Positions 15,146 through 24,900 of a DNA stretch of 33,559 nucleotides are shown here, one piece after another. The notes below the pieces were generated by a model. The model made no database searches. It saw only the letters and a program-made list of their open reading frames with translations, and was not told the DNA's origin. Location of the stretch: IMG/VR virus record IMGVR_UViG_3300011335_000354, positions 1 to 33,559 of that record; one strand, 5' to 3'. Position 1 is the first letter of the stretch. The number at the start of each line of letters is the position of its first letter. Made by a program: the position numbers and the translations under genes. The DNA is from a virus. Its lineage: Duplodnaviria > Caudoviricetes.

Positions 15146-15330
15146 TAGAACTACCCCCATATTCCAAGATCAGCTACCCTTCAGTCCCTTTAAAAGACTT
15201 TAAATGGGAGTCAGGATCGGATGTCCAAGCCCTTTGGAGAAAGCATGGATGGACTCCACCATCGGAGAACATGACTCCTCCACCACCGCCACCAGAGAAG
15301 TATCAAGAGCCTCTAAGAAGAGTAAGATAA
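15142..15330 (+). CDS. Pro-rich hypothetical protein
   Basis: 62 aa with an ATGA overlap. Confidence 0.65.
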   Translation: MIELPPYSKISYPSVPLKDFKWESGSDVQALWRKHGWTPPSENMTPPPPPPEKYQEPLRRVR

Positions 15331-15546
15331 ATGGGAATCATCAGAACATGGCTCAATGACCATGATTTCATTGATAGACCAGACCGAAACGAAGTGCTAG
15401 AAGAGGTCGCCAAGGAGTTTGACAAGATGAAAGCCTTTGGTGACACCGCACAGAGTTTTGCTACCTTTGTCAGGGATATGAAAAGGTGTCCACCCTGTTT
15501 AAACACTTGTAATCAGGGTAGAGACTGCCCTACGAGGTTCAAATGA
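15331..15546 (+). CDS. Hypothetical protein with C-terminal CPPC..C....DCP motif
   Basis: 71 aa ORF abutting its neighbours. Confidence 0.7.
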   Translation: MGIIRTWLNDHDFIDRPDRNEVLEEVAKEFDKMKAFGDTAQSFATFVRDMKRCPPCLNTCNQGRDCPTRFK

Positions 15547-15722
15547 ACAAATCAATGTGGAATTCTGAAGCAGTCAAAGCCTATGAATCAGGCCAAGGTG
15601 TCGTGCTAGTTGAGAAACCTTATCCGCACTATGAGCCTAAAGATGGGACATCCCAAAGGGTTGCTAGTTTGGCAAGACTCAAAGAGCAACAAGAAGCCAA
15701 ACTAAAGAGTAAGAACTCTTAG
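15543..15722 (+). CDS. Hypothetical protein (59 aa)
   Basis: Manual translation MNKSMWNSEAVKAYESGQGVVLVEKPYPHYEP.... ATGA overlap. Confidence 0.55.
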   Translation: MNKSMWNSEAVKAYESGQGVVLVEKPYPHYEPKDGTSQRVASLARLKEQQEAKLKSKNS

Positions 15723-16312
15723 GTCAAAACAGATAGTGCGTGATTGATGTGTTTAATGCGATCTTCTAAGCCGATATAAGCCCCATTGATCTTTTTAGTC
15801 ATGGTTCTATAGTCTTGGGAATCCGCATATTGGTTGAGTCTGTGGGTGTCCCAGAACCACCCCGCAGTCAGGGCAGCGTACATTGGGGTCGCTACCAACT
15901 CAGGGTTCATAATGAAATCCACCCCTAGAGCCTGACCCGCATGGTGATAGTTAGCCGATCCTGTCAATTGGATACATCCCCTACCCCTAAAGCGATACCC
16001 GTCCCCAGAAGCCTCATCCCTGTTTCCCATGCGATTAGAGTAAACAGTATTGGCAATCAACTTAGGATTACGAGCGCAAGCCTGTGCTTTGGTGGCATCA
16101 AACCTTTTAGGCCATAACTTCTGTAAAGCCTCTGCACGATAGTTCAGGTTCTCTTCCAAGAGGCGAAAGTTCCCACACTCATGCCCACATTGACCAATGA
16201 AAGCCGCCTTTCTCAAGGGGGTCATAATGTCAAAACGCTCAAAAGTGGCATTCAGGGCATCTACCCATTCATTACCAATGTGTAATTGAGCCAACTGTTC
16301 TTTACTGACCAT
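15719..16312 (-). CDS. Endolysin, glycoside hydrolase family 19
   Basis: Motifs AAFIGQCGHEC, EENLNY, DGYRFRGRGCIQLTGSANY, AGWFW and TKKING. Confidence 0.95.
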   Translation of the reverse strand: MVSKEQLAQLHIGNEWVDALNATFERFDIMTPLRKAAFIGQCGHECGNFRLLEENLNYRAEALQKLWPKRFDATKAQACARNPKLIANTVYSNRMGNRDEASGDGYRFRGRGCIQLTGSANYHHAGQALGVDFIMNPELVATPMYAALTAGWFWDTHRLNQYADSQDYRTMTKKINGAYIGLEDRIKHINHALSVLT

Positions 16313-16778
16313 TCACGATTCTCCTTACTTCTTCATAGGCTGAGGCACAGGCGTTGAGTTTGGTGATGGCTTTGTCTCCTTCTGCTGCGATGTCGATAAG
16401 AGCTGAGACAATCTGTCGCTCAGATTCGGTTTCAGGGGGATCAATGGGTTGTGGATTTCCAACGACAGGGGTGGCACTTGGACTGATTTGTGGACAACTT
16501 GGGGTTGGGAGGCGCAACCTACCAGTACGAGCAAGTTCATGCATAGCAGACTGTTTCTTAGTAATGTCATCTTGTGCCTTTCGTAATTGACTTTCTTGAT
16601 CCTGTAACTTGGAACTTAGTTCCTGTTCTTTAGCCCTAGCCTCTTCATTCTTCTTAGCAATGGCTATTTTCATGTCGCCATCACGTTCTAACCATCCATA
16701 GTGGTGTCCTACCCTGTAAGTCCCAAATAAAGACACTAGAACGCCCACAATGAGCCACGGGAGAGGTATTGGGAACAT
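16302..16778 (-). CDS. Rz: Rz-like inner-membrane spanin
   Basis: N-terminal TM segment, coiled coil, and C-terminal LNACASAYE. Contains an embedded lipoprotein gene. Confidence 0.85.
   Translation of the reverse strand: MFPIPLPWLIVGVLVSLFGTYRVGHHYGWLERDGDMKIAIAKKNEEARAKEQELSSKLQDQESQLRKAQDDITKKQSAMHELARTGRLRLPTPSCPQISPSATPVVGNPQPIDPPETESERQIVSALIDIAAEGDKAITKLNACASAYEEVRRIVNGQ
16325..16570 (-). CDS. Rz1: Rz1-like outer-membrane lipoprotein spanin embedded in Rz
   Basis: Alternate-frame ORF with a signal peptide, lipobox LVGC and a Pro-rich mature part. Confidence 0.8.
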   Translation of the reverse strand: MTLLRNSLLCMNLLVLVGCASQPQVVHKSVQVPPLSLEIHNPLIPLKPNLSDRLSQLLSTSQQKETKPSPNSTPVPQPMKK

Positions 16779-17302
16779 TATTGAGCCTCCTGACGAGCAA
16801 CAGCTAATTCTTCACGTTCTTGGTCATCTTCTAAGTGGTCTGGTGGGGTGGTGGGAGGCGGCCCAGGTGTCCAACTCTCATCCAACTCAGGGTTCTTCCA
16901 AACAGGCATAGCACCAAAAGGTTGAGAGGGTAGTCCATAGGCAGATTGCGGAGAAGCATAGTTTGAATAGCCTCCTTGGAAGCCCATTGGTTGACACATA
17001 GGTTGCATCATCTGAGGTTGATTAGGAGTCCCAAAAGCCTTAGAAACGGCTCCAGCGGCTCTTTTAGTCATCACCCCACCGATACCCCCCACAATCAATA
17101 AAACTATGTCGTTGAGCATCTTGGTATAGGCTTGGTCAATGGGCGCCATACTTTTGATGGGTTGTGTTACAAAAGTAACAGAATAAAGTAGTGCAATCAC
17201 AATGATGCACAGGATAAGAGTGACTACAACCACGACAAAGCCCCAAATTCTGACCTCAAAAGCCTCTGTACTCAACGGCTCATTTTTCTGGTTGGACGTC
17301 AT
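16778..17302 (-). CDS. Two-TM membrane protein, putative holin, with Pro-rich tail
   Basis: Two hydrophobic segments (IWGFVVVVVTLILCIIVIALLY and IVLLIVGGIGGVM). Immediately upstream of the spanins. Confidence 0.6.
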   Translation of the reverse strand: MTSNQKNEPLSTEAFEVRIWGFVVVVVTLILCIIVIALLYSVTFVTQPIKSMAPIDQAYTKMLNDIVLLIVGGIGGVMTKRAAGAVSKAFGTPNQPQMMQPMCQPMGFQGGYSNYASPQSAYGLPSQPFGAMPVWKNPELDESWTPGPPPTTPPDHLEDDQEREELAVARQEAQ

Positions 17303-17471
17303 TGACTTTTTTCTCCAAGATAGGGGCTACCAAGTATTCAGGACACATCTGGGTAAACAAACATTTAGGCTTCTGGCAATCAGGTGCATGAAAGTTATCT
17401 GGGTTTTGACAGGGATATCGGTAAACGTCTTTGCATCCTGTGAGCAAAAGTAACAACAGTAAATATCTCAT
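17280..17471 (-). CDS. Cys-rich lipoprotein
   Basis: MRYLLLLLLLTGC lipobox plus four further Cys. Confidence 0.8.
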   Translation of the reverse strand: MRYLLLLLLLTGCKDVYRYPCQNPDNFHAPDCQKPKCLFTQMCPEYLVAPILEKKVNDVQPEK

Positions 17472-17638
17472 GCTTTGATATCCACCAATCTAGCCCATTG
17501 TGTCTTGATTTCTTGAACCTTTTGTTGTTGTTCAGCCTGTCTGCTTAACTCTGCCAAACGCTTCATATTCTGTTGGTGGATCATCCTATGAGCCTCTGAG
17601 AGCATCCTAGCGTTCTCTTGGTAAGTGTTAATTCTCAT
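17468..17638 (-). CDS. Hypothetical protein (56 aa)
   Basis: Manual translation MRINTYQENARMLSEAHRMIHQQN.... ATGA overlaps at both ends. Confidence 0.65.
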   Translation of the reverse strand: MRINTYQENARMLSEAHRMIHQQNMKRLAELSRQAEQQQKVQEIKTQWARLVDIKA

Positions 17639-17790
17639 TTTCCTAACCCCACCCTTCCAAGTAAAAGATTAACAATTCTGTCCGACAAATCATCAGGCAA
17701 GAACTTTAGAAACCCTAAGAACCACAAAGCCACACACCCGTAAACGAATATCTTCAAGCAAAGGTCAAAAGTTTTCTGGTACTCATTCAT
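17635..17790 (-). CDS. Small membrane protein (51 aa)
   Basis: Manual translation MNEYQKTFDLCLKIFVYGCVALWFLGFLKFLPDDLSDRIVNLLLGRVGLGK. Confidence 0.65.
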   Translation of the reverse strand: MNEYQKTFDLCLKIFVYGCVALWFLGFLKFLPDDLSDRIVNLLLGRVGLGK

Positions 17791-17872
17791 TGCTCAAATA
17801 TGGATAAACAACTATCCAAAAGAAATAGTTAACAGGCACAGCAGACCAGAGAACTATATCAAGCCAAGTCAT
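17783..17872 (-). CDS. Small membrane peptide (29 aa)
   Basis: Manual translation MTWLDIVLWSAVPVNYFFWIVVYPYLSNE. ATGA overlap, fills the gap exactly. Confidence 0.5.
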   Translation of the reverse strand: MTWLDIVLWSAVPVNYFFWIVVYPYLSNE

Positions 17873-18369
17873 CTTCCACACCTTTTAGTGGTTTCACAAA
17901 ACTCCATGAGTTCGTAGATTCCAATAGCAACCAAGAACAAAACAAATGCCACACCACCAATAATAATGGCTAACTCATTCATCTCATCCTCTTTCTCTTT
18001 AGCTTTTTTCTCTGCTCTCTCTAAAGCCCTAAGTTCTCTGGCATCATCTACATCCATCTGGTCTTGACGGGCTTTAATCTTGTTCCAAACGTCTACCTTA
18101 CCTGTGGTCATAAAGAGCATCTTTAGCTCTTCCTCAAACGCTCTAGCTTGCTCTAAAGCCATCTCAATCTGAAGAGCCTGACCCATATTTGAGCCTTTGT
18201 TTTTCTTAGCATCAATCAAGGCCTTGGTAGCGTTACTCTTGGCATCAAACATCTTGCCTATCATTGGGGCAAGACCACCTAAATCATTGGCTACCTTACT
18301 AGCCTTTTTCACCATCGAAATAGCGCTTTGAAGGCTATTTAGGGCGCTCAACGGGTCTAACGGAATCAT
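17869..18369 (-). CDS. Coiled-coil protein with C-terminal TM anchor
   Basis: 166 aa with hydrophobic LAIIIGGVAFVLFLVAIGIY near the C-terminus. Confidence 0.8.
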   Translation of the reverse strand: MIPLDPLSALNSLQSAISMVKKASKVANDLGGLAPMIGKMFDAKSNATKALIDAKKNKGSNMGQALQIEMALEQARAFEEELKMLFMTTGKVDVWNKIKARQDQMDVDDARELRALERAEKKAKEKEDEMNELAIIIGGVAFVLFLVAIGIYELMEFCETTKRCGR

Positions 18370-18478
18370 TCTTTCTCTCCCACTTGAGACAGACTACTCT
18401 GCGATTAAAAACATCGCCAGTCCAAGTCCATTTAATACATCGGTACTCTATGGTTGCCGCCAAGAGAAAGGCGATCAC
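18335..18478 (-). CDS. Small hypothetical protein (47 aa)
   Basis: GTGA overlap. Sequence MIAFLLAATIEYRCIKWTWTGDVFNRRVVCLKWERK.... Confidence 0.55.
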   Translation of the reverse strand: MIAFLLAATIEYRCIKWTWTGDVFNRRVVCLKWERKNDSVRPVERPK

Positions 18479-18567
18479 GGAAATGCCCAAACAATAATAT
18501 AACTACAAATAATTACAAAACAGAGAATCAGGACTGCTACTGAGATAGCAAATGTCCAGTCTTTCAT
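18475..18567 (-). CDS. Small membrane peptide (30 aa)
   Basis: Manual translation MKDWTFAISVAVLILCFVIICSYIIVWAFP. Confidence 0.55.
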   Translation of the reverse strand: MKDWTFAISVAVLILCFVIICSYIIVWAFP

Positions 18568-18571
18568 TGTG

Positions 18572-20524
18572 TTATTTGTACTTTTGCTCTAACAGTTCTA
18601 ACTCTTTTTGCTCTTCAGAAGTCATTGGTTTACTGAGTGAGGCATTTGAATCCATAAAGTCTTCTTCAGTAACTCCCGCTGTTCTATAGGCTTCATTCAT
18701 CAAGCCAACAGTCTTAATTGCCAGACGTTTGCCTTCACTCTCTGTTGCACTTTTAACTTTGCCAAACGATTGTTCTGCTGCAATTAGTTTTTTGATACCT
18801 TCTTTGCTTGTTGCAAACTTAGCCAGAACACGAGGTGTCAACAATACACCGCCAGCAGTAGCAATCCCTAATAATCCTAAATCACCAGAATAAGAAGCGT
18901 ATCCTGTTGCTCCTAGAGTTAAACCCGTAATAAGGTTTTGTGCGCTATTTGCTTGAGCAGATGACAGAGCAAGAGAGAATGCGTTAGATGGTTTTTGTTG
19001 GCTTAATTTGGCCGCATTAACAAGCAAAAGCAAATTGTCTTTAATTTGCTTATTGTCTACGGCAGTATCAAATGTTCTTAGAAATTTCTTGTCTTTTAAA
19101 TTTTTTTCTAACGCCAACAAAGAACTTATGGCTGTATCACCGCCTTCTGCGCCAATTAGCCCCGAAATGTACCCTCTTTGCAAATTGCTTTTTACAGAAC
19201 CAACATCTAGGTTCGGGTTAATAGTTTTTGCTCTTTCTAATGATTTGTAAAAATCGTTAATTTCAGTGACGTTACCTTTTGCAAATATGCTTTCGCCTAC
19301 ACGTTCTGCTGTTTTATTGTTAAGTTTTGCAAGAGTCTCAGGGAATAACTCTGTAATACTCTCACGATAAAAAGCAGATGTTTCATCGTAAGCCTTTTTT
19401 AATCTTGGGTTTAGCTTTGATGCCGCAGAGTCCATTGCATCACTAATACCTTTTATGTTTTGCGCTAGAACCGCAACAACTGGGTCGTTTGCACCAAACT
19501 CAGCCTTTACAGCCCTTAATTGAGCATTTAAATCTGAGCGAAACTGATGAGCTTGCGAAAAAGTTATATTTTCTTTTAGATCAGAAATTTCTCTAAGTCT
19601 GGCAACAACATTATCGCTTAATGCAATTTTTGGAGAACCAGAAACGGATATTTTTGCGGCTTCGTCAAGACGGGCTTTTGCTTGATTAGCTATTGATCCG
19701 ACATTTACAGAGACATTTTTTCCAGCATCTGTAATGACTTGATATGCTTCATTTGCCGCAACACTTAACTGTGACTGAGCATCTTTTATGGCATCTTTGT
19801 AACTGGCCCCAGCTTCAACATCATCAACAATTTGAGGTGATATTTCGTTAAGAATTTTATCTCTTTTGCTTTTTAAAGCAGCTGTATTGGCTACTTCAAG
19901 ATCCGCAAAAACACCCTTTGCTGTTACAGCTCCTCGGCCTATTGACTCAACAACACTAGATGTTGCTGTTGGTTTAACTTGGAAACGTGTTAATCCACCC
20001 AAACCCTCTTCTTCTAACAATTTTTGCACTTGACGTTTTATTTCTACATCAGGAGTTGTTTTTTGTGCAAACAAACCTAATTGTGGCAATTTATCTTTTG
20101 CAATCTTAAAAAGATCACCGCCCAACTTAAAAACTACATTGCCACCCGCATCTAAAGCCATTTCTGTCATTGCATTAGATAATTGCTCGGCAAATAATTT
20201 AGGCAATGGCTCCTGTTTACCAGTCAAAGCCTCAATCTGTTGTTTTGCTACTGTTCCAGTAACTGCGCCAGCACCTGTGCCAATTATGCCTCTAATTAAA
20301 CCCGCCAATGAGGTTCGTGCTTCTGCTCCAACTAAAGGACTGCGAGTTGCCGCTGTTGCAACTGCGCCACCAACTAAGCCTCCAATTTCAGGTAAAGCCT
20401 CAACTGTTGCTTTCCCAAATTGTTGCAAAGGAGTTGGTTTTGGCCTTGTTTCATCAAGAACAGAAGTGCCATATCTGTTTTCTAACTCTTCCAACTCTCG
20501 TTGTTCTTCAGGTTTTAATGCCAT
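18572..20524 (-). CDS. Internal virion / DNA ejection protein 3
   Basis: 650 aa, helical, with Gly/Ala-rich hydrophobic segments. Third of three large genes after the tail fibre, matching P22 gp7-gp20-gp16 synteny. Confidence 0.7.
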   Translation of the reverse strand: MALKPEEQRELEELENRYGTSVLDETRPKPTPLQQFGKATVEALPEIGGLVGGAVATAATRSPLVGAEARTSLAGLIRGIIGTGAGAVTGTVAKQQIEALTGKQEPLPKLFAEQLSNAMTEMALDAGGNVVFKLGGDLFKIAKDKLPQLGLFAQKTTPDVEIKRQVQKLLEEEGLGGLTRFQVKPTATSSVVESIGRGAVTAKGVFADLEVANTAALKSKRDKILNEISPQIVDDVEAGASYKDAIKDAQSQLSVAANEAYQVITDAGKNVSVNVGSIANQAKARLDEAAKISVSGSPKIALSDNVVARLREISDLKENITFSQAHQFRSDLNAQLRAVKAEFGANDPVVAVLAQNIKGISDAMDSAASKLNPRLKKAYDETSAFYRESITELFPETLAKLNNKTAERVGESIFAKGNVTEINDFYKSLERAKTINPNLDVGSVKSNLQRGYISGLIGAEGGDTAISSLLALEKNLKDKKFLRTFDTAVDNKQIKDNLLLLVNAAKLSQQKPSNAFSLALSSAQANSAQNLITGLTLGATGYASYSGDLGLLGIATAGGVLLTPRVLAKFATSKEGIKKLIAAEQSFGKVKSATESEGKRLAIKTVGLMNEAYRTAGVTEEDFMDSNASLSKPMTSEEQKELELLEQKYK

Positions 20525-20548
20525 GATAAAAGCCTTTGTTTTCTGTAG

Positions 20549-21940
20549 TTACGGAGTTTTTGATTTACTTCTAAGGTCTTTAAGCCTTTGCAAATCTTTT
20601 CTAACCTGTTCTGCAACGTCTTTGCGTTGAGATGCAAAATTAAATGTATTTAAATCACCGCCTGATGCAACATACTTATTAACAACATCATTTAACTGAC
20701 CATCAATCAAAGCATCTTGTTCAATTTTGTCGGCTACAAATTGCAATGTTCTTAATGACAAACCTCTTGTTCCAATGGTTTCTTTTAGGAATTTAACGTC
20801 TTTGTCAGACAAAGCACCTTTTAGTTTGCTTGCCGCACCAATAGTCATCTCGCCTAAAATTGTATCAATAATCTGCGAATCAGGAACGCCTTGGATGTTT
20901 ATACCAAACACCTCCGCAACTCTACTTGCTTGCAATTTAAGGTTTGCATCAACACCAGTAAAGGCGGTTGGTAATAAAGCCTTTAAATTTCTTGCCAAAG
21001 TCACTCGATCAGAAGAGCCATACGCAGCAGTTTCAACTTCATTAGCAAGATCGGTCTTGTTTTTTGACACTTGTTTTGCCTGTTGTTGTGCTGGTGTAAC
21101 TCCTGCTTTAATTTCCTCTTTCTTTCGTTTGGTTACTTCTGCATTAACTTTCGCTACTTCATCTTGCGTTAATTGTGAAAAAGGTTTGAAGTAAAGTTCT
21201 TTAGCAACCACTTCTGCTGATGTTCCAACAGATGGCTCTTTACTAACTCCTTCAATTGCCTGAATACTATCCTGTAATCTTAGGATAGCTTCTTTGTTGG
21301 GTTCTGGTTGACTTTTTAGTACACGCAAATTGGCTTTTAATTCTTGCAATCTTGCTTCTTTTAACAGAAATTCAGGTTGCTTTTCTTTATCTGTCAGACG
21401 TTGTAACTCAGCCAAACGAATTGTTAAGGCATTCAGTGTTTCATTTCGTTCTGGAGATTCAGGCGTTGCTTGTAATCGTTCAATACCAATTTTTAAGTTG
21501 GCTATTTGATCTGATATCTGAATATTAGGATTGATTGCTTGTTGGCGTTCACGAGTAGCCGCAGCAATACGTTGTTGAGCCAAAGCAGTTTCACTCTGTG
21601 CTTTACGATAGTATTCTGCAAGAGCCATAGCACCTTGTTGGTCACCCATTTGACCTAACATCTTGATGCCTTGCAACATGGATTCAGGGTTAGATTGGTC
21701 TATCTGTCCAAAAACCTGTTGTCTAGCACTAATTAGCCTTAACTGAGGGTCTTCTATGCCCATAGCACCTGCAATGCCACGACCTAGTTGACCAACACTA
21801 GCTTGTAGTCCCGCTTGAGCCGCAGCACCAGGAGAGAGTTGTGCTAACTCATAACCTCTTTTCAAGTCTTGTTGGTACTGTTGGTTTTGATACATTTGTG
21901 GAGTCAAACCAAATAGACCCGCTACCATACTTTCAGCCAT
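20549..21940 (-). CDS. Internal virion / DNA ejection protein 2
   Basis: 463 aa, Q/A/G-rich N-terminus, coiled coils and a GALSDKDVKFL motif. Assignment by synteny. Confidence 0.7.
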   Translation of the reverse strand: MAESMVAGLFGLTPQMYQNQQYQQDLKRGYELAQLSPGAAAQAGLQASVGQLGRGIAGAMGIEDPQLRLISARQQVFGQIDQSNPESMLQGIKMLGQMGDQQGAMALAEYYRKAQSETALAQQRIAAATRERQQAINPNIQISDQIANLKIGIERLQATPESPERNETLNALTIRLAELQRLTDKEKQPEFLLKEARLQELKANLRVLKSQPEPNKEAILRLQDSIQAIEGVSKEPSVGTSAEVVAKELYFKPFSQLTQDEVAKVNAEVTKRKKEEIKAGVTPAQQQAKQVSKNKTDLANEVETAAYGSSDRVTLARNLKALLPTAFTGVDANLKLQASRVAEVFGINIQGVPDSQIIDTILGEMTIGAASKLKGALSDKDVKFLKETIGTRGLSLRTLQFVADKIEQDALIDGQLNDVVNKYVASGGDLNTFNFASQRKDVAEQVRKDLQRLKDLRSKSKTP

Positions 21941-21949
21941 GATGATTCC

Positions 21950-24900
21950 TTAAAAGTAAAGCGAACCAAAGTATTCGCCTGTTGATGGGTCTATACCAGT
22001 TCCATATTTTCCATAACTAAAGCCACTTTGCGGGGCATTAAACAGCCCACCAAACACATTACCTAATGCCTGACCAAACATAGCATTAGGATTACCTGCG
22101 GCAGTTAAACCTTGAGCCAAAAGATTGCGTGTTGCATCAGCACTTGTTGCTAAACCTGCGCTAATCTGAGCGCCTTTCAAGCCTAATTGACCAACATTAA
22201 ATCCTGCCTGAGAACCAATCTGACCCAAGTTAACACCCATGTTGTAAGGTTGTTGACCCAAAGTCTCCAAGGTTTGTGCTTGTCCCAAAGCGGCTGTGTA
22301 AGGAGCATAAGCGGCTTGTTGACCACCATAGTATTGACCCATAGCTTGTGAGCCTTGGCCCAATAGTCCCGCACCAAACATAACATCTCTTTGACCTGCT
22401 TGTTGAGCATTAGCCGCTAACTCAGCTTCTTGTCTAGCACGGGCGTTAAACAGAGCTTGTAGTTCAGGAGTAGTAGCACCCATAGCACCGCCTTGAGCAA
22501 CCGCCAAACCACCACGACCTTGTTGTTGAAGTCTGTTTTGCAAAGTAGCCAACTCTTGTTCTCTGCCTGGTTGCAACAAAGCCATCTGTTGATTGAGATA
22601 GTTCTGAGCCACTTCTTGTGGAGATTGAGCCAGATACTGATTACCCAAACCAAATAGACGTTGTGCGCCTGTTTGGAGGGGGGCAAACTGTGCTTGTGCG
22701 CCTTCTGCTTGTGTCAAACCTTGATTAGACAAAGCGATCAAGCGATCTTGTTGGGCTTTTATGTCAGGTGTTAATGTGTATCCAGCACTTGATAGTCTTC
22801 CTGTAGTAGGATCAAACCCAAACTGAGAAGTTCCAAACCGAGTGGTCATGCCAATAGGTCGGAACTGAGCCGCATCTTTAGCCGCCTTTGTCTCAGCATC
22901 AATCATGGCTTGCGCCCGTTGAGCCGCTTCTCTTGACGTTTGCATCTGCAAAAGATTACCCGCAGTACCCAAACCGCCAGAAATCAAATTAGGATTTAAC
23001 AAAGACAATAAACCTGTTCCAAGAACATTTGTACCAACCCGTTCTAATGTAGAACGAGAATCTGGAGTTGTGGTAGAGGGAACTGAGGATACTAATGAAG
23101 CGGGGAATGAAGCCAAGTTTTGACCAACAGGAGTTGATCTTGGTGCAGTAATAATCTGTTCTGCAACAGTATTAGTAATAGTAGGAGAAACAGAAGATAC
23201 GGCACTAACCAAATCAGAAACTTTTATGTTTTGACCACTAGTAATCAATACTTCTGCTTGAGTTTGTGCTTGTTGTAGAGTTACATTTGGTACTGTTGCA
23301 AGAATTGCATTTGTAATTTCTTGTGTCGTTGCTGGTCTATTGCCTGTAATCTCAACATTAGCTAAATTAGTAGTAGTTCCTCTGTTAGCGGCAAGTTGAC
23401 TATTAACTAAATTAAGAGTCGCTTGATCTATCATTTGAGGTTGAGAAGTACCAGTTACATTTACAGTGCCAGCTTGTGTTACTGGAGCATTAAAACTACT
23501 CAATACGCTACCTAAGTTGGTTGCAGGAGTACCAGTAACATTTACAGCACCTGGTGTTGGTAACGCAGTTGTCGTGCTACCAATAGCAGATAATGCTCTT
23601 TGAACAGTTATGTCGTTGTAACCACCAGCCGACAAAGTATCTGCAATTTGATTAGTCGATAAGCCTTGGCTTGCTAAATTTCTTGCATCCGCAATAGCAA
23701 ATTGACGCTCTGTAATGCCTGCATCAACAGTCGAACCAGTGCTTAGATAATTATCTAATAAAGATCCACCATAAGCCGCACCCCCACCGAGCAAAGCCCC
23801 TTTAAGAATGTCTTGTCCTGAACCACCTGCTAATGCTGAAGTTCCACCACCAATGGTTGCACCTGTAGCACCCGCCAAAGCAGAACCAGTTAAGCCTGTT
23901 GCCCCACCTAATAGACCTGAAATAAAAGGCAAACCAACAGTAGAAGCCGCCAATCCTATGACAGGAGCCGCAGCCGCCAATAAACCTCGATCACCACCAC
24001 CAGCAAATGTTCCTCTGTTTATTACTTCACCAGTTCTAGGATTGTATGTTTCATAAATAGCAGGGTTGTTTGGGTCTACTCTAGTTTCATAAACAACTTG
24101 AGGAACACCCGCCATCTGCGCTTCTATGTTGTCGCCTTCAATAACACTCCCACGGGCGGTAGGAATTACCCTAGCTAAAGATTGAGCAACAACAGGATTT
24201 TCAGCAGCCTGAGTAATAACTGGAGGAGTTGTAGCTACAGTATTTGTTCTTTGTGCTTGTGCAATAGCTTGTGGAGTGCTTGACGGAACTTCATTCTTAA
24301 ATTGAGATAAAGCATCAATAACTGATTGGTTATAAACTGCCGTACCTTCAGCATTGGTATGCAAAGCATCTACTAACAACTTCTTGTTTTGCAGAATCTC
24401 ACCCTGTGTACCTACTAAAGCAACATTAGAGTTAGCCTTGGCAACATCTTTAAAAAGTTGGTCAACTTCAGGATTAAAGTTGTTATTGACAACATCCTCA
24501 ACAGATTTAGCATAAGGAGAACCAGTAAGAACAACATTAACACCTTGATCGCCAAGAGTCTTGACAATCTGGTTTAAATTGTCTTTAACAACACCTTTAT
24601 CAACGCCAGTAATGAAATCAACACCACCTGCTTGCAAGTAAACAGTGGCATTAGGGTCAAATTGACCACCACCCGCTAAGAATGTGTTTAGTTGGTTAAG
24701 AGTGTCAGTAGTCGTAGAGCCAGCAACCGCATAGTTAGATGTGGCTTGACCAGTAGCTTCAGTTAATTGGTTTTGCAATGCTGTATTAGCACTATTCCAA
24801 CTAGCACCCGCTAAGATGTTTCCACTTAGCAAGCCTCCAGATCGACCACCTGTAGCATTGGCTACATCTTCTCCTGAGATGCCATATTGAGCCATTTGCG

